DNA from: Camelus ferus
Taxonomy: Eukaryota
NCBI RefSeq assembly: GCF_009834535.1
Contig: NC_045696.1
Coordinates: forward strand, 105,836,001 to 105,900,000
Reading direction: 5' to 3'
Length of the DNA: 64,000 bases
This document shows, one piece after another, positions 39,841 through 53,730 of this stretch; within the stretch, counting starts at the first letter, position 1, and every line of letters begins with the position of its first letter. The position numbers and the translations under genes are program-made. The notes beneath the pieces are model-generated. The model did no database searches and was not told where the DNA came from. It was given only the letters and a program-made list of their open reading frames with translations.

Positions 39841-39934
39841 GGAGCTGCCCCTAGGAGCAATCTGGGAGGCTGTCATCCCTGCTCAAGGGGATTTGAGTCC
39901 TTGGAAATGTCTGCCAAATAAAACATAACTCTCA
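39841..39934 (+). mobile_element. ~94-bp polyadenylated retrocopy of an ERV-LTR R region
   Basis: Perfect 16-bp TSD aaaaaaatttttttag (39825-39840 and 39935-39950) at a tt/aaaa site; AATAAA near the 3' end; similar to 43345-43430. Confidence 0.75.
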
Positions 39935-39950
39935 AAAAAAATTTTTTTAG

Positions 39951-41385
39951 AACAGTGTTAGATTTACAGAAAAATTACAAGGTAGTCCAAAGTTCCCATA
40001 TATTCTATACCTAGTTTTTCCTGTTAACATTACTGTAGTATATTTGTTACATTTAATGAACCCATATTGATAAATTGTTATTAACTAAAGCCCATATTTT
40101 ATTCAGATTTCTTTAATTTTTACCTAATGTCTTGTTTCTGTTCTTGGATTCCATCCAGGGTACCACATTGCATTTAGTTACTTATATTTCCTTAAAAGGC
40201 CTATTAGCTGTAACAGTTTCTTAGACATACTTTATTTTTGAAGGCCTTGAGAGTTGTGAGGAATACTGGTCATATATTTTTGCACAGCGTCCTTCATTTG
40301 GATTTCTCTGATTATTTTTTTAAAAAACATGATTAGAGTGGAGTTATGGATTTTTGGGAGGAAGACCACAGAGATAAAAGTGCCATTTTTTATCATATAC
40401 TATCAACATGACTTACCATTGTTGATGTTGACTGTGATCAGCTGGCTGGGTGGTTGTCGGGTTTTGCCATTGTAAAGTTACTATTTTCTGCTCCCTTTCA
40501 TGTTCTACTCTTTGAATGGAAGGCACTATGTGCAGCCCACACTTAAGGAGAGGGAAGTTGTGCTCCATTTCTTTGATGGGGTAGTATCTACATAAATTAC
40601 TTGAAATTCTCCTGTATGGGCTTTATGCCACCCCACCCCCCATTTATTTGTTTATTTAGTCATTTATATCAGTATGGACTTCTGGTAATGTATTTTATAC
40701 TATAGGTTATAATCCAATACTACTTTCTTTATTTTGTTGTTCAAAATGTTCCAGCTTTGGCCACTGGGAGGTTTTTCAGTTGGCTCCTGTGTCCTTTTGA
40801 CATACCTGGTGGTGGTGGTGTTGTTGCTGTTGTTGCTTTAGCACTTTCTTACTTTCTCATACCACAAGATGTTCGGGGTTTATCTTGTTTATTTCCTACC
40901 CTACTCCTAGGATCAGTCATTTCTCCAAGGGGCCCTGGTTCCTTTTCCTGGAGGATGGTATTTAGAAACTAAGATCTGGGCATTAAAATGTGCTTATTAC
41001 TACTAGGGTGTCATTGCTGCTAGGCCTTCTTGGCTGACAGAGCAAGGAAATATGTGAATATAAGTAAACTGTGAGTATACAATTTCTATAAATATTTCTA
41101 TTTTTAACCATCTCTGTGTTAAACTAAACATGAGTTTCTACTGATGTTTTCAACTCTAAACTGTTGTAGCCTCTTGTTGCTTAACTGTCCCACTGCAGTG
41201 GTAAGAAACCTGGCTTTTGGTTTTCTTAAGTGTCTTTCACAGAAGTTTTTAGTTTTAATACAGTCCAACTTACCATTTTTCTCCCCCATGGACTGTGCTT
41301 TTGATGTTGTCTAGAAAACTCATAGTCAAACCCAAGCTCACCTAGAGTTTCTCCTAGAGTTTTCATAGTTTTGCATTTTACATCA
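39951..41385 (-). mobile_element. Old L1 (L1MC/MD-like) 3' region
   Basis: gatttacagaaaaattacaag, ggaggaagaccacagag, ccagctttggccactgggag motifs. Confidence 0.75.
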
Positions 41386-42663
41386 GAAATAGCTTTTTGG
41401 GCTTTTTTTAAGTGAGAGATTTTTACTGTTTGAATAGGTAATATGTTTTGGCTGTTTTTCTCCCTTTAATTACTTGGATGGGACATACATACCAGTCGTA
41501 AGTTTCATAGTTAGAAAAAGAAATGGTGAAATGAAATTTTAGAATTTTTTTAAGGGTGAATAGAAAGTTCTAATGATGTCAGAATTGAAATATCATGTGT
41601 CACATGGAGAAAATAAATCCATCTTTTCCCAGCTTTTACTCTGATTGAGGGTACAAGACATATACAATAAAATAATCAACATTATGAAACAACATATAGT
41701 GTTAGGTTTAATTGTGTTTTTAAAATCCCTAAAATTATGAGTAGCCCAAGGTCACTGTGAGCTGGACTACTGAGGGAAGACATCCTGGAAGCCAGTCTTG
41801 AAGGACTTGGTAATAAAACTTTCTTAATTGGGGGAAACCCTGGATTGTAGGCAGTAAGGGAGCTAGTGGGGAGAGACAAATGGAGATAATCTTGGCTGAT
41901 AAGGAAAAGAAAAAAAGGTTGGGACAAGTGAGGTGTGTGTTTTTGGATTCAGAGGTAAAAGATCCGCTTGGTAGAAGGGGATTGAAAATGCTAGCAGGTG
42001 AGGTAAGTACAGGAATTAGGTGCCTCCAGATACTGGGTTTAGGTTTTTAAACTTGTTTTTTGAACAAGTAGTACACTCCTGTGATTCAAAATTCAAAAGG
42101 AAACAGAACATACAGTGAAGTCTCCTTTCTACCTGTCTCCTAGCCACCTAGTTTGCATTCTCTGAAGCAACCAATGATTACAAATGCACTTTTCCTAAGT
42201 ATGTATGTATTTATATAGCCCCCTTCCTTTTTTTTTTTTTTTACAAAAAGATAGCATATGCTTAACATTTTTCTGCACGTTGCTGTTTTGTTATTTTATC
42301 CCCCCTCTTAATGTACCTCTGCTTAATGTAATGTGTCAACTCAGTCATTCCTGGGACTCCTTTCTGCTGAGCATGTATAGTTATCATGTGGCTAAATGTA
42401 TGTAACAGTGATGGTTCAAGTCTGAAAAATCATTCTAGATTTTATAAACAAACCACTGATGTGTTTATTATTGTGTGTTAACATACCTATCTCTTAGTCT
42501 TTATAGAAACTGTTGCCCTGCTGATCTAATTAAGGAAATCCTGATTCTTTTTGTAAGGGGAAGAATCCTTTTGAAATGGGAAGAGGACTTCCTAATGCTG
42601 ATTTTAATACTTACTGAGTTTTCTAAAGGCTGATGCTCAAAGTATGCTAGGAAAGAAATTGCA

Positions 42664-42808
42664 GGGGCAGCGTATAGCTCAGTCGTAGACTGCATGCCTA
42701 GCATGCACAAAGTCCTGGGTTCAATCCCCAGTACCTCCATTAAACAAACAAACAAACAAACAAACCTAGTTAGCCCCTCCCCCCTCAAAAAACATACAAA
42801 CAGAAAAG
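42664..42808 (+). mobile_element. Vic-1-like SINE
   Basis: Typical body with (aaac)n linker; TSD aagaaattg. Confidence 0.9.
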
Positions 42809-43054
42809 AAATTGGAGAAATTAAGAATTCTTAAGGAATTGTGTAACTTGCCTTTAATGACCATATTTTAGCATATTTTATAGACATTCTTAACAGTTGG
42901 TGAGCATATCAAATGAAAATAATAAACATTGTTGTATCCACCTAGTTTAAAGGCCATATAAAGCTTTTGAATAGGTAACAAAAATAAATAAAAATGAGAA
43001 TATAGTGAAATTTAGTGAACATAATTGTGAATGAAAACTGTTGCCTACCGTATC

Positions 43055-43462
43055 TGTGAATGAAGGATGTTACAGCCATCAAGCCACTGCAGCCACCCCC
43101 AAGGTTGTACTCTGAGAGGACTCAGGATGGGAAAGAACAGGATACTGGCCGTAGATGGCTAAGGTGCATAGCAAAGGAATGATTTTAATGAGCCCAGACT
43201 CTTATATCTTTCCATACATAGAAAAGTGCCAAATTCATTAACTTGGGATACCTGGTTTTTTATTTAATGGTAATCTTTCAATGTTCTGAGAACCTGGTCT
43301 TGCAAAAACTCTTGTATATATGCAGGCTCCTCCTTTACCTCTTAGGAGCAGCTGCCCTTCAGAACTATCTGAGAGGCTTTCTTCCCGTCTTAAAGTCCTC
43401 AGAAAATCCACCAAATAAAACAATTCACAACCTTTAGGTGGTGCATCTTTTTTCAGTCGACA
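43055..43462 (+). mobile_element. Solo ERV1-type LTR (~408 bp)
   Basis: TG...CA termini (tgtgaatgaagg ... tcagtcgaca), TATA-like tatata at 43315, AATAAA at ~43414. No clean 4-bp TSD seen. Confidence 0.75.
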
Positions 43463-45050
43463 TCATGGGTAATAGTTTCTCTCCCCCGCACAAGAAAAGC
43501 CTGTTTTCTAAACCATGCCATTATTATGGTTCTTTGAGCCTTGTTCTGAAGTTATGCCAAAGTGAATGTCTTTGTATGGAGCTGTGTTTACAGGTTGTGG
43601 TGCCAATGAAAAATATGTTGCAATTTTAACTACTAAAAGTTTAAATGATCTGCTTTTATAAAACATAATAGGAACTAGGAAATTATTTTAATGACTGTTG
43701 TTTTCTAAAATATTCACATGGCTTTTTCTCCTTAAGAGGTCAAGTAATTTGTCAGGTTACTTCTGTTCCTATTTGCTTACCTAGAAAATGTGGTAACAAT
43801 CTTAACCTGTTTGTCGTAAGTGAACTAATAGTTATTGAATGGTTTGCTAGTATGATGTGGAGTACTAGTGAACTGATTCTGGTCAGAATTCAGACCTTTG
43901 GAATGTCAGATTTGTTCTTCCAAGAGGTTGGGACTTTCCTAGACACGAAGGCTGCAGAGACTTCCTGAGAAGTGTGGCAGAGAGCCTGTGTGTTTTAGAT
44001 CTTATTTTGCAGTTGACAATGGTGACCTAGAGAAGGAGGCCATCTACTCTAGGGTGTCTCCCTTAGGGCCACAGGCTCTTTTAGCTCTGCATTGAACTTA
44101 ACCCTTCACACGTGAGGATTGTTCCAAGAGCTTTTCTCATTGTCTTGGTTAGTGTGACATCCCACCCTAACCCCATCTCAGGCCTTATTTGTATTTTCCC
44201 TGGCACAAGTACTTCAGATATCCAATTAATGCACAAACCTAGAGATACTGGTTGAGCACTGAGGTACTGGTCTATGTTTAAGTGAGAGAGACAAATCCTG
44301 TCTTCAATAATGTTATGATGTTGTTGTTTAACTGGATTTGGAGGGTGATGTTCATTCATAGCAGTGTAAGGAGGCATGCAAATTAAGATAGGAAGATATA
44401 TTTTTTTATATTGTAATTTGGTTGACAAAATTTCAAGAAATTCATTAGCTGGGAATACCTGTGTAATCCTTAGTCATTCGTCACTGGCACTCTCCCTACC
44501 TTAACACCACTCCTCCCACTCTATTTTTTAAAAAACGGTGGTTTAATTGTCTTGTTGCAAAAGTGATACTTTTATTTAGTCAGAAGGCTGGAGCAGTGGG
44601 TGTTTGTTTACAGTTTAAGATGGCTTTTAGGATGTTCTTTCCTTGTTCCCTTAGGGCTGAACTTTGAAAAGTTCTAATCTAGTATGATTATGCCACGTCT
44701 GAATGTATCCTTTATTCTACTTTTGGCATTGCTGTCAATTTATCATTAGATTTTTCTTTAATACACTTCTGTTAAAGAGTTGGCTATGGGAAAATCTGCT
44801 TCATTCCTATATACCTTTATATATTAGAGTGTGTGAATATTTTCCTGTATTTACCATTGCTTCATGGAATGTTTATTGAGAGGATATATGCTGTATGCTG
44901 TGTGAGGCACAGGGGATGCAAAGTTGAAGAAGACTCATGGCTTGAAGGAAGTTTAAGAGAGACAGACAAATGAACAGATAATTTTGATACCGTGTGGTAA
45001 GTGCAAATGATAGAGCCTATTCAGAGTATTGTGGGAGGCACAGAATGGAG

Positions 45051-45559
45051 CAGAGGTTCTCAAAGTATGATTTGGGAACCCTTGGAGGTCCCTGAGCTCT
45101 TTCTTAGAGATCTACAAGGTCAAAACTATTTTCGTAACATAAGACATTATTTGCTCCCCCTCCATTTGCTTATGTATGTATGATGGAGTTTTCCAGAGGC
45201 AATATAACTTGTGATATTGCAGTAGATTGAGTGCAAAGCAGAGATGAGACTCTTGTTGTTTTCTATTAATCAAGACATTAAAGAGATTCACAGAAATATA
45301 AAATTGTATCACTCTTCTCACTAAAGGTTTTGTTTTGAAAAACATGGTTTGTAAAACTAAAATATGTTTAAAATGTTTTTAAGTAAATATTTAATAGGTT
45401 TATTGTTTTTTACATGAAATAAATTTTTAAATTCTTGGTTTTAATTTCAAAATCAGCAAATATTGATAGATATAACCTATATAGACAAGAGCTTTTGAGT
45501 ACTCAATAATTTTTAAGAATGAGAAGGGAAGCTGAAACCAAAAAGCTTGAAAACCACTG
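45051..45559. mobile_element. hAT-Charlie DNA transposon remnant
   Basis: Terminal inverted repeats cagaggttctcaaag and gcttgaaaaccactg. Confidence 0.75.
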
Positions 45560-45573
45560 AAATAGAAATTTCT

Positions 45574-45807
45574 AGGGGGCAGAGGGTGGGAAGGGATAGA
45601 TGGGATTTCAAAATTGTAGAATAGATAAACAAGATTATACTGTATAGCACAGGGAAATATACACAAGATCTTATGGTAGCTCACACAGAAAAAAATGTGA
45701 CAACGAATGTATATATGTTCATGTATAACTGAAAAATTGTGCTCTACACTGGAATTTGACACAACATTGTAAAATGATTATAAATCAATAAAAACTGTTA
45801 AAAAAAA
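45574..45807 (+). mobile_element. Young-looking 5'-truncated L1 3' end
   Basis: tatactgtatagcacagggaaatatacacaag...aatcaataaaaactgttaaaaaaaa; TSD aaatttcta. Confidence 0.85.
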
Positions 45808-46589
45808 TTTCTAAATTGGTCCACAGGAGAGAGGTGGGCAAGGAAATATTCCTGCGGGAGGTGGCACCAGGGCTTAGGTATAGGTGCTTAAATAACTGCC
45901 GGCTGTAATGTAAAGTGGGAGGGAGTTTCAGAAGATAGTTAGGAAGCAGTAGATCACAGAAAGCCTGTATGCCAGACTTCTGTTTGTTCCTTTTCTTGTA
46001 TTGTTTATTCCTTCTCCCATAGCCAGTATAATAGTTTCTAAAATGCGTTACTTTCTAACTTCACACATGAAGTACTATGGGAAGCTATTTTACTTTATAT
46101 ATGTATTTTTAAATACAAGGAAATTAGAAGATTGCATTTTTGATTTTGTGTGATTTGCTAAATTGGCTATCAGAATTTTGAATATCAAGGATGTTCTTTG
46201 CTTATCCTAGTAGCAAATACTAGCATTAGTTAGCATTGACAGCATATGAAGTAATCTGTAACTTCACGTTCTCATACTATCTTAAGTTACTGTACATATT
46301 CAGAATCTTGTGGTAACCTACAATGAAAAAGAGTATGAAAATGAATATATGTATGACCAAAACATTATGCTATACACCAGAAATTGGCACAACGAAACTG
46401 ACCATATTACAAAAAAAGTTACTATATTTTCTATAAAAGGTAGGTTTCAAGCAACCATTTGTCAGTGGTACTGAATTCTTATAAATTGTTTTTAATATGG
46501 TTATAAACTAATACTGACTGACTTTCTTCTGAACATTTATAAGAAAACTCAGCCTAACATTCAAATAGGTGGCCAATGAGAAAATATTA

Positions 46590-48425
46590 GCAAAGCATAT
46601 ATGTGATAAGGAATGTATATAAAGAACATGTACAAATCAATAATAAAAATTCAAATAATCCAATTTTAAAATTGGCAAAGAAACTGGTTTGAATAAACAT
46701 TCTACCAAGGAAGATATACAAATAAGATATACAAATGGCTAATAAGCACATGAACAGTTGCTCAGCATTATTAGTCATTAGTGAAATGCAAAACAAAACC
46801 ATAATGTGATACCACTTCATATCACTAGAATGGCTCTAATCAAAAGGTGGACAATAATAGGCAGAACACTCTTTGACATAAATCCCAGCAATATGTTTTT
46901 GGATCTGTTTTCTAGGGTAATGGAAATAAAAACAAAAATAAACAAATGAAACCTAATTAAACTTAAAAGCTTTTGCACAGCAAAGGAAACCATAAACAAA
47001 ACAAAAAGACAACCTATGAAATGGGAAAAAACATTTGCAAACTATGCAACTACCAAGGGATTAATTTCCAAAACATACTGACAGCTTACACAGATCAGTT
47101 TCAAAAAACAAACCACCCAATCAAAAACTGGGCAGAAAATTTAAATAGACATTTTTCCAAAGAAGATAAGCAGATGGCCAACAGGCACATGAAAAGATGT
47201 TCAGCATCACTAATTGTTCAAAAAATGCAAATAAAAACTACAGTGAGGTATCACTTCCCACTAGTCAGAATGGCTATCATCAAAAAGTCTATAAATAATA
47301 AATGCTGGAGAGGCTGTGGAGGAAAAGGGAACCTCCCCCCCGCACTGTTGGTGGAAATGTAAATTGGTGTAGACACTATGGAGAACAGTCTGGAGGTCTC
47401 CTAAAAAACTGAAAATAGAGTTACCATATGATCCAGCAATCCTTCTGGGCTTATATTTGGAGGAAACTAATTTGAAAAGATACATGCACCCCAATGTTCA
47501 TAGCAGCACTTTTTACAATAGCCAAGACATGGAAATAACCTAAATGTCCATTGACAGATGACTGGATGAAGAAGTTGTGGTATGTATGTATGTATATATG
47601 TGTATATATATATATACACACACAATGAAATACTACTCAGCCATAAAGAGGAATGAAATAATGCCATTTGCAGCAACATGAATAGACCTAGAGATTATCA
47701 TACTAAGTGAAGTAAGTCAGACAGAGAAAGAAAAATACCATATGATATCACTTGTATATAGAATCTAAAAAAAATTATACAGATGAACTTGTTTACAAAA
47801 CAGAAAGAGGCTCATAGACATAGAAAACAAAACTTATGGTTACCGGGGGAAAGAGGGGTATATTGAGAGTTTGGGATTGGCAGATACAAACTACTATGTA
47901 CAGAATAAATAAACAACAAGGTCCTACTGTATGGCACAGGGAACTATATTCAGTGGCTTAGTAAGCTGTGGTAGTAACCTGTGGTGGTAACCTGTGGTAG
48001 TAACCTGTGGAGCTGGAACCCCCATACTTTGCCAGTTGGATTGTAAAGTAGTGCAGAGCTTTGGGAGAGTAGTTTGTCAGTTCCTTAAAAAATTAAACAG
48101 AATTACCATATGACATAGCACTTCCACTGCTAGGTTTATTCCCAAGGGAATTGAAACACATGTTCATACAAAAACTTGCATGTGAGTGTTCAAAGCAGTA
48201 TATATTCATAATAGCCAAAAAGTGGAAACAACCAAAATGTCATCAGGTAATGAATGGATAAACAAAATGCATTTTTCCATACAATGGAATAGTATTCAGT
48301 CTTGAAAAGGAATGCAGTTCTTATACATGCTGCAGCATGGATGTACCTTGAAAACATTATGCTGAGTGAAAGAGGCCAGTCACAGAAGACTGCGTATTGT
48401 GTGATTTCATTCATATGAAATGTCC
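46590..48425 (+). mobile_element. Nested L1s: younger L1 (~46861-47965) inside an older L1MB-like element
   Basis: ORF 46973-47362 gives [27 protein letters not shown] (L1 ORF2); the older element resumes at ~48006. Confidence 0.85.
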
Positions 48426-50279
48426 AGAATAGGCAATTCCATGAAGAAATATTTGAAACAATTTCAGACTTAATAGAAAATTTTAAAAAACAGTAGAGTT
48501 AAAGTTACAGAGATTAAAAGCTATCCTCAAGACTTTTTGAGTTTTCCTGTGGAAGAAACAGACGTGTAAATAATAAATGAAAATTGCAAGTACTAATAAG
48601 TATTATGAAGTTAATAAAGTGGTAGAGAATGAACCAGGTTACAGTCTTAACTGTGGTGGTACACAGTTAAGTTACCTCATAGAAGAAGTAATTTTTGAGT
48701 TGAGACATGAATGTTAGAAGGTGGCAGGTGGCCTAGGGCAGAACATTCTAAACTGAAAGAATAGCAAGGACAGATGCTCCAAGTTAGGAACAAACAAACA
48801 CAAAGTTCCTTCTGTGTGAGGAACAGAAAGCAAACCATTATGATTGGGAACTAGTGAATGAGGAAGAGTGGAAGATGAGGTCAGAAGTAGACAGATACCA
48901 GTTTATATAGGGTCTTTGTAGGTCACAGTTGTAACTCAGGTAGCGTTACAGTGGGAAGTTTGGAGGTTTTAGCAGTGGGAATAATCTGATTTGTGCTTCA
49001 CGAGGTACGTTCCAGTTGCTGTGACCCAGATGCATTGTGGAGAAACTAGAATAGAGGCAGGAAGACTGATTAGAAGGATGTTGAAGCAAAATAGCCAAGA
49101 AATGCTGTTGATGGCTTAGACTGAGGCTGTGACGGGGACAGTGGGAGGGAGTATTGGATGAGTTTGGTATGTTTTAGAGGTAAAGGCAGTTTTTTTGGTC
49201 TGTTTTTGTTTTTGTCTGTTACTTGAGGCATAAGAACAGGAGGATATCAATAATTTGTATTGCAGCATTGAAAAAAAAATTGGGAACACTCTAAATACCC
49301 ATCAGTAATGGTATATCCAAACAGTGGAGTACAGTGCAGATGTTAAAAAAGAATGAGGAAGACCTCCATGAACTGAGACAAAGTAATTTGCAGGACATAC
49401 TGTTAATGAAAAAATGTTAAAGGGTTGTAGTTATCTTATTAGGCTATCAAGAAAAAGAATCAAGTTCACATGAGGCATTCCTACTGCCTGACTGATTTTG
49501 GGTTGTTCCATATAATCACATATAGTTGATACTGTCATATCTTTTTGGCAGACGTCTAACAGATGTCAAATAGTGGTTCACTTTTTTTCCCCCTCCTTTT
49601 AACTTTTCTCAGTGGAGTATAACACAGTAAAAGGCAAAAAATTATCAATGTATAATATCATGATTTGTCAGAAAGTAAACAGATCTGTGTAACTACCACC
49701 AAGAAGCAGAACACTGCCAGGAGTCCAGAAACTCTCCTGTGTGTACCTTCCTCTGCCTCACTCCCTTTTGCTTGCATCTTTCCCAGAAGTAGTCATTATT
49801 CTGATGGCTAACACCCTAGTTTAGTTTCGCCTATTTTCTGAATGTTATATACCAGAATCCTGCAGTTAGGGTGCCTCTGTGTTTGATGTCTTTTATTCAA
49901 CAGGATGTTTGTGACACCTGAAATTAATATAATATTGTAAATCAATTACAGTTTAATAAAACAAAACAAAAATGCCAATGCCACTAGGGGGGAAAAAAGC
50001 TGGAATACTTTACCTTTTAGAAGAACAGCGTTATTTTCAAGAAGAATCACTTTTTAATGATTGAGGACGTAATGATGGGGATAGCACATGGTCAGAGATC
50101 AGGACCCCAAGCCAGGATTTTCATACTGCCTTGTCCTAACTGAGTAACTGAAATCACATAAACAATATGAGTGTGATGGTCCCCATTCCAGCTACACCAG
50201 GGGGTTTCTGTGAAGATTCTCGAAAGTAATACATGTAAAAATGCTCAGCGTTAAAACAATGGACAAATATCAAATGTTG

Positions 50280-50603
50280 GCTGTGGATTAAATGTTTGTG
50301 TCCCCCTAAAATTTATATATTGGAACTTTTATCCCCACTTTGATAGTATGGAGAGGTGGGCCTTTAGAAGGTAATTAGTTCATGAGGCAGAGCCCTCATG
50401 ATGGCATTTTTGTCGTCCTGAGAAGAGACATCGGAGAGCTTGCTTTCCTCTCTTTCTCTTCTCTACTGTGTGAGGATACTGTGAGAAGACAGTGGTCTGT
50501 ACAATGGGAAGAGGTCTCTCACCAAGAACCCGAACATGCTGGTACTCTGCTCTTAGACTTCCAGCCTCTAGAACTGTGAAAAATAGATGTTTGTTGTTTA
50601 AGT
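50280..50603 (+). mobile_element. MaLR LTR (MLT1A-like)
   Basis: tgtggattaaatgtttgtgtcccc...cttagacttccagcctctagaactgtga...tgttgtttaag. Confidence 0.85.
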
Positions 50604-52002
50604 GGACCCCTACCCCCCAAAAGCAAAAAACCCTGTGTGCTCCTGAGATTTATTCATCTTATGTATAGTTGTGAACTGTTCTGTGTAGCTTAGTAAAATT
50701 GACAAAGCTGTATTCTCATTCTTACGATGTGTAAAAGTGTGGTTCCCGTTATTTGTGTATGTTTGAGGCACACTTCTGTTTTTTATTTTTTTGAGGAGCT
50801 TGCAAATTATTTTTATTGCTGAAATATCTTTTTGTAATCAGATGCTTATATCTAAATAGATTTAAAAATATATGTCTATTGTCTTTGAAAACTTTTTCTG
50901 GATTATTTATATTTGTAATATGTAACAGACTCCTGTGGTTCAAAGATAAAAAGTATAAAAAAGGAAACAGTCTTCCACCCCCGTTCCCAACTACCCAGTT
51001 CACATCTACCCCAATCCCCTAATATCTTACTTTGCCCAGGAAACTAGTATTACTAGTTTCTTGTGTAATCTTCCCTTCCAATGTCTCTTATAAGCAAACG
51101 TGAATATAGATTTTTATTTCTTTACATCTTTATCCCTCTGCCAAAAACACATTATAACAATTATCCTATACTTTTTTTTTTGCTTAACATCTTGCATATT
51201 TTTAATGTATCAGTGTGTGATTATAAAGCTCAAAGGTATTCAATTCATTTTATTGCAGTATAGTATTATGTTGTGTTAATATACCATAATTTGTCCATAG
51301 TGATTTGGGTTTACACTTTTTGGCTGTTCTGAATAATGATGCTTTGAACATTCTAGTAAATATCTTTTGGTGAAATGTGTAAACATTTGAATTTATATCT
51401 AGGGGAGAATTCCTATGTCATAAGGTAATGTGAATTGCCATTGCTCTACATCCTCAGCAAGCCTGGGTATTGTTAATTTGTTTAAGTTTTACCTATTGTG
51501 GTAGGTACATAGTGGTATCTTATTGTGGTTTTATTTTTATTTTCTGGAGTACTAATTAGATTATGTATTTTTTCCCTATGTTTATTGGCTATATTGGTCT
51601 TTGGAAAAACATTATTTAAAAAGAAGCCAGAATATATAATCTCCATTTGTTAAACAAAAAGAAAGGAAGAAAAACAGACTGACAAATTAATATACTAGCA
51701 GTCTTAATCTGGTTATTTAGAATATTAATTTCAGGCGTACAACATAGTGATTCAGAATTTTTATGAATTATATTCCATTTATAGTTGTTACCATACAATA
51801 TGCAACATATCCTTGTAGGTTATTTATTTTACTCCTCTTGTACAGTCAACAAAATTTCTCTGATTTCTTCAAACACAGAATTCAATAAAATTTGTTCTTG
51901 CAGTCTGTCCCTCTTAACCCTCTACCCCTATCATTTTCCTTCCCCCTTCCCTCTTCCTGCTGGTAACTACTAGTTTGTTCTCTATATCTGTGAATCTGTT
52001 TC

Positions 52003-52142
52003 TTTTTTTTGGTTTGTTTTTTGGGGGGGTTAGGTATGTATGTATGTATTTATTTATTTATTTTAAATAGAGGTACTGAGCATTGAACTCAGGACTTCGT
52101 GCATGCTAGGCATGCACTCTACCACTGAGCTATACCCTCCCC
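52003..52142 (-). mobile_element. Vic-1-like SINE
   Basis: gaggtactgagcattgaactcaggacttcgtgcatgctaggcatgcactctaccactgagctataccctcccc. Confidence 0.9.
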
Positions 52143-53578
52143 ACTTCTTTTTTGTTACATTGGAATTTGGACGGTTTTGCTTGCTTACTTGTGGGTGGAA
52201 GTTGAGAGGTTGAAATCATTGTTACTTAAAGACAATAGTTTAGCCAACTCTTAAATATAAATTGCATGATTGAGGCACAGTGTTTGCTGATTGGAGGGAC
52301 GAAAGATAGAACCTGTGTAGGGGTTTGGTTTTATCATGTGCCTCAGTGCTTGAATGAACTTTTGAAATTCTCCCCCTATCCCTTTAAAGTTTAATGGACA
52401 TTTGTGTAGAACTTTTTTCTTCTAGTAAATCCTGTTTTCTTTCTTTTTACAATAAAAATGTGAGTGTGAGTAGATCTTCATGTGTAAAGTTATTGATAAC
52501 ATTGTTTTTACGTAAAGGATTACAAGGAACTTTAAGAATAAATTTTATCGAATTCTGTGTTTGAAGAGGTCAGAGTACTTTCATTGACTGTCCAAGAAGA
52601 GTAAGCAGTATACTTACATTCATTATTAACCTATATTGTATGTGTCAGATTGGTTATTATTTTTTGCTGCAATCAAAACATTTCCTTTTCTCTTTTCCCT
52701 TTTAAATAGACAGCATTTTTTTAGAGCAGTTTTAGGTTTACAATAAAATTGAGCGGGAAGTACACAAGAGTTCCCATACACCCCAGCCTCCACACACATA
52801 GCCTCCCCCACTGTCAACATCCTGCACCAGCAAATTGGTTATTTTTGAGTTGACTAATTGCCTTACTTCTGGGAAAGTAAGCAGTTTGATATATTTTGAT
52901 ATCATTCTAAAATTTGTTTTATAATATCCCTTTCACTTTAAAAAGCGTATTATTGTCCTTGTTTCAAAAGCAAAGAAGCCAAGACTAGGATTAAGTTACT
53001 TCCTAACCAAATTTTATTTTGAAGGTACAAAAAGAAAAAAGATTTTCAATTTTAATAGCAACAGTTATGCTCTCCTTTGAATTTTATGAAACTTAAAGAT
53101 TTTTTAGCCTCCCCCCACTCTTTTAAATGTAAAATGTTCTACCCAGGTGCTTGAAATTTTTTATTAAAACTTCTGACTTGGAGTATTACTCAAGTTCAAA
53201 TCCTGTTTGAGTGGGCTTGCCCCAGAATGAATTAAATGATAATGATTAGGATGCTGCTGTCATAAAGGTCATAAAGTCCTGTAAAGTGTCATTTGTGAAG
53301 AATGGGACATAATGGCTGAGAGGAGAGGGCTGTGAGCTCACTGATCCTTGGAAAGCATCCATGAGTTAGGGCTCAAGTGAAAAGGCAAAGCCATGGAACT
53401 TTATGAAGGCTATAGGATTTTCTCAGTGAGCCAGAAAAGTTGACTAAAAAATGGTTGGTATTTTTGACTACATTAAAATTAATGTCCATCTAAAGACATC
53501 ATGAAGAAAATGAAAAGATAGACCACAGACTTGGAGGGAAAAATTGTAATGTATGCAGTAGAAAATTAGCGTCCTGAA

Positions 53579-53730
53579 TAGGGCTGCCTTTGTGGACGTA
53601 CACCTGTGCAGTCATACAGAGCCACACACTTATTTTAATGCTATCACTGTCTTGAAATTCTTAGTTTTTGAATAAGTGGCTCTACTTTCTTATTTTGCAC
53701 TGGGCACTGCAAATTATATAGTCAGTCCTG
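53579..53730. mobile_element. MER45A-like hAT MITE inside an old L1 (~53440-54600)
   Basis: tagggctgcc...ttttgcactgggcactgcaaattatatagtcagtcctg; 8-bp TSD gt(c/t)ctgaa at 53571-53578 and 53731-53738. Confidence 0.8.
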
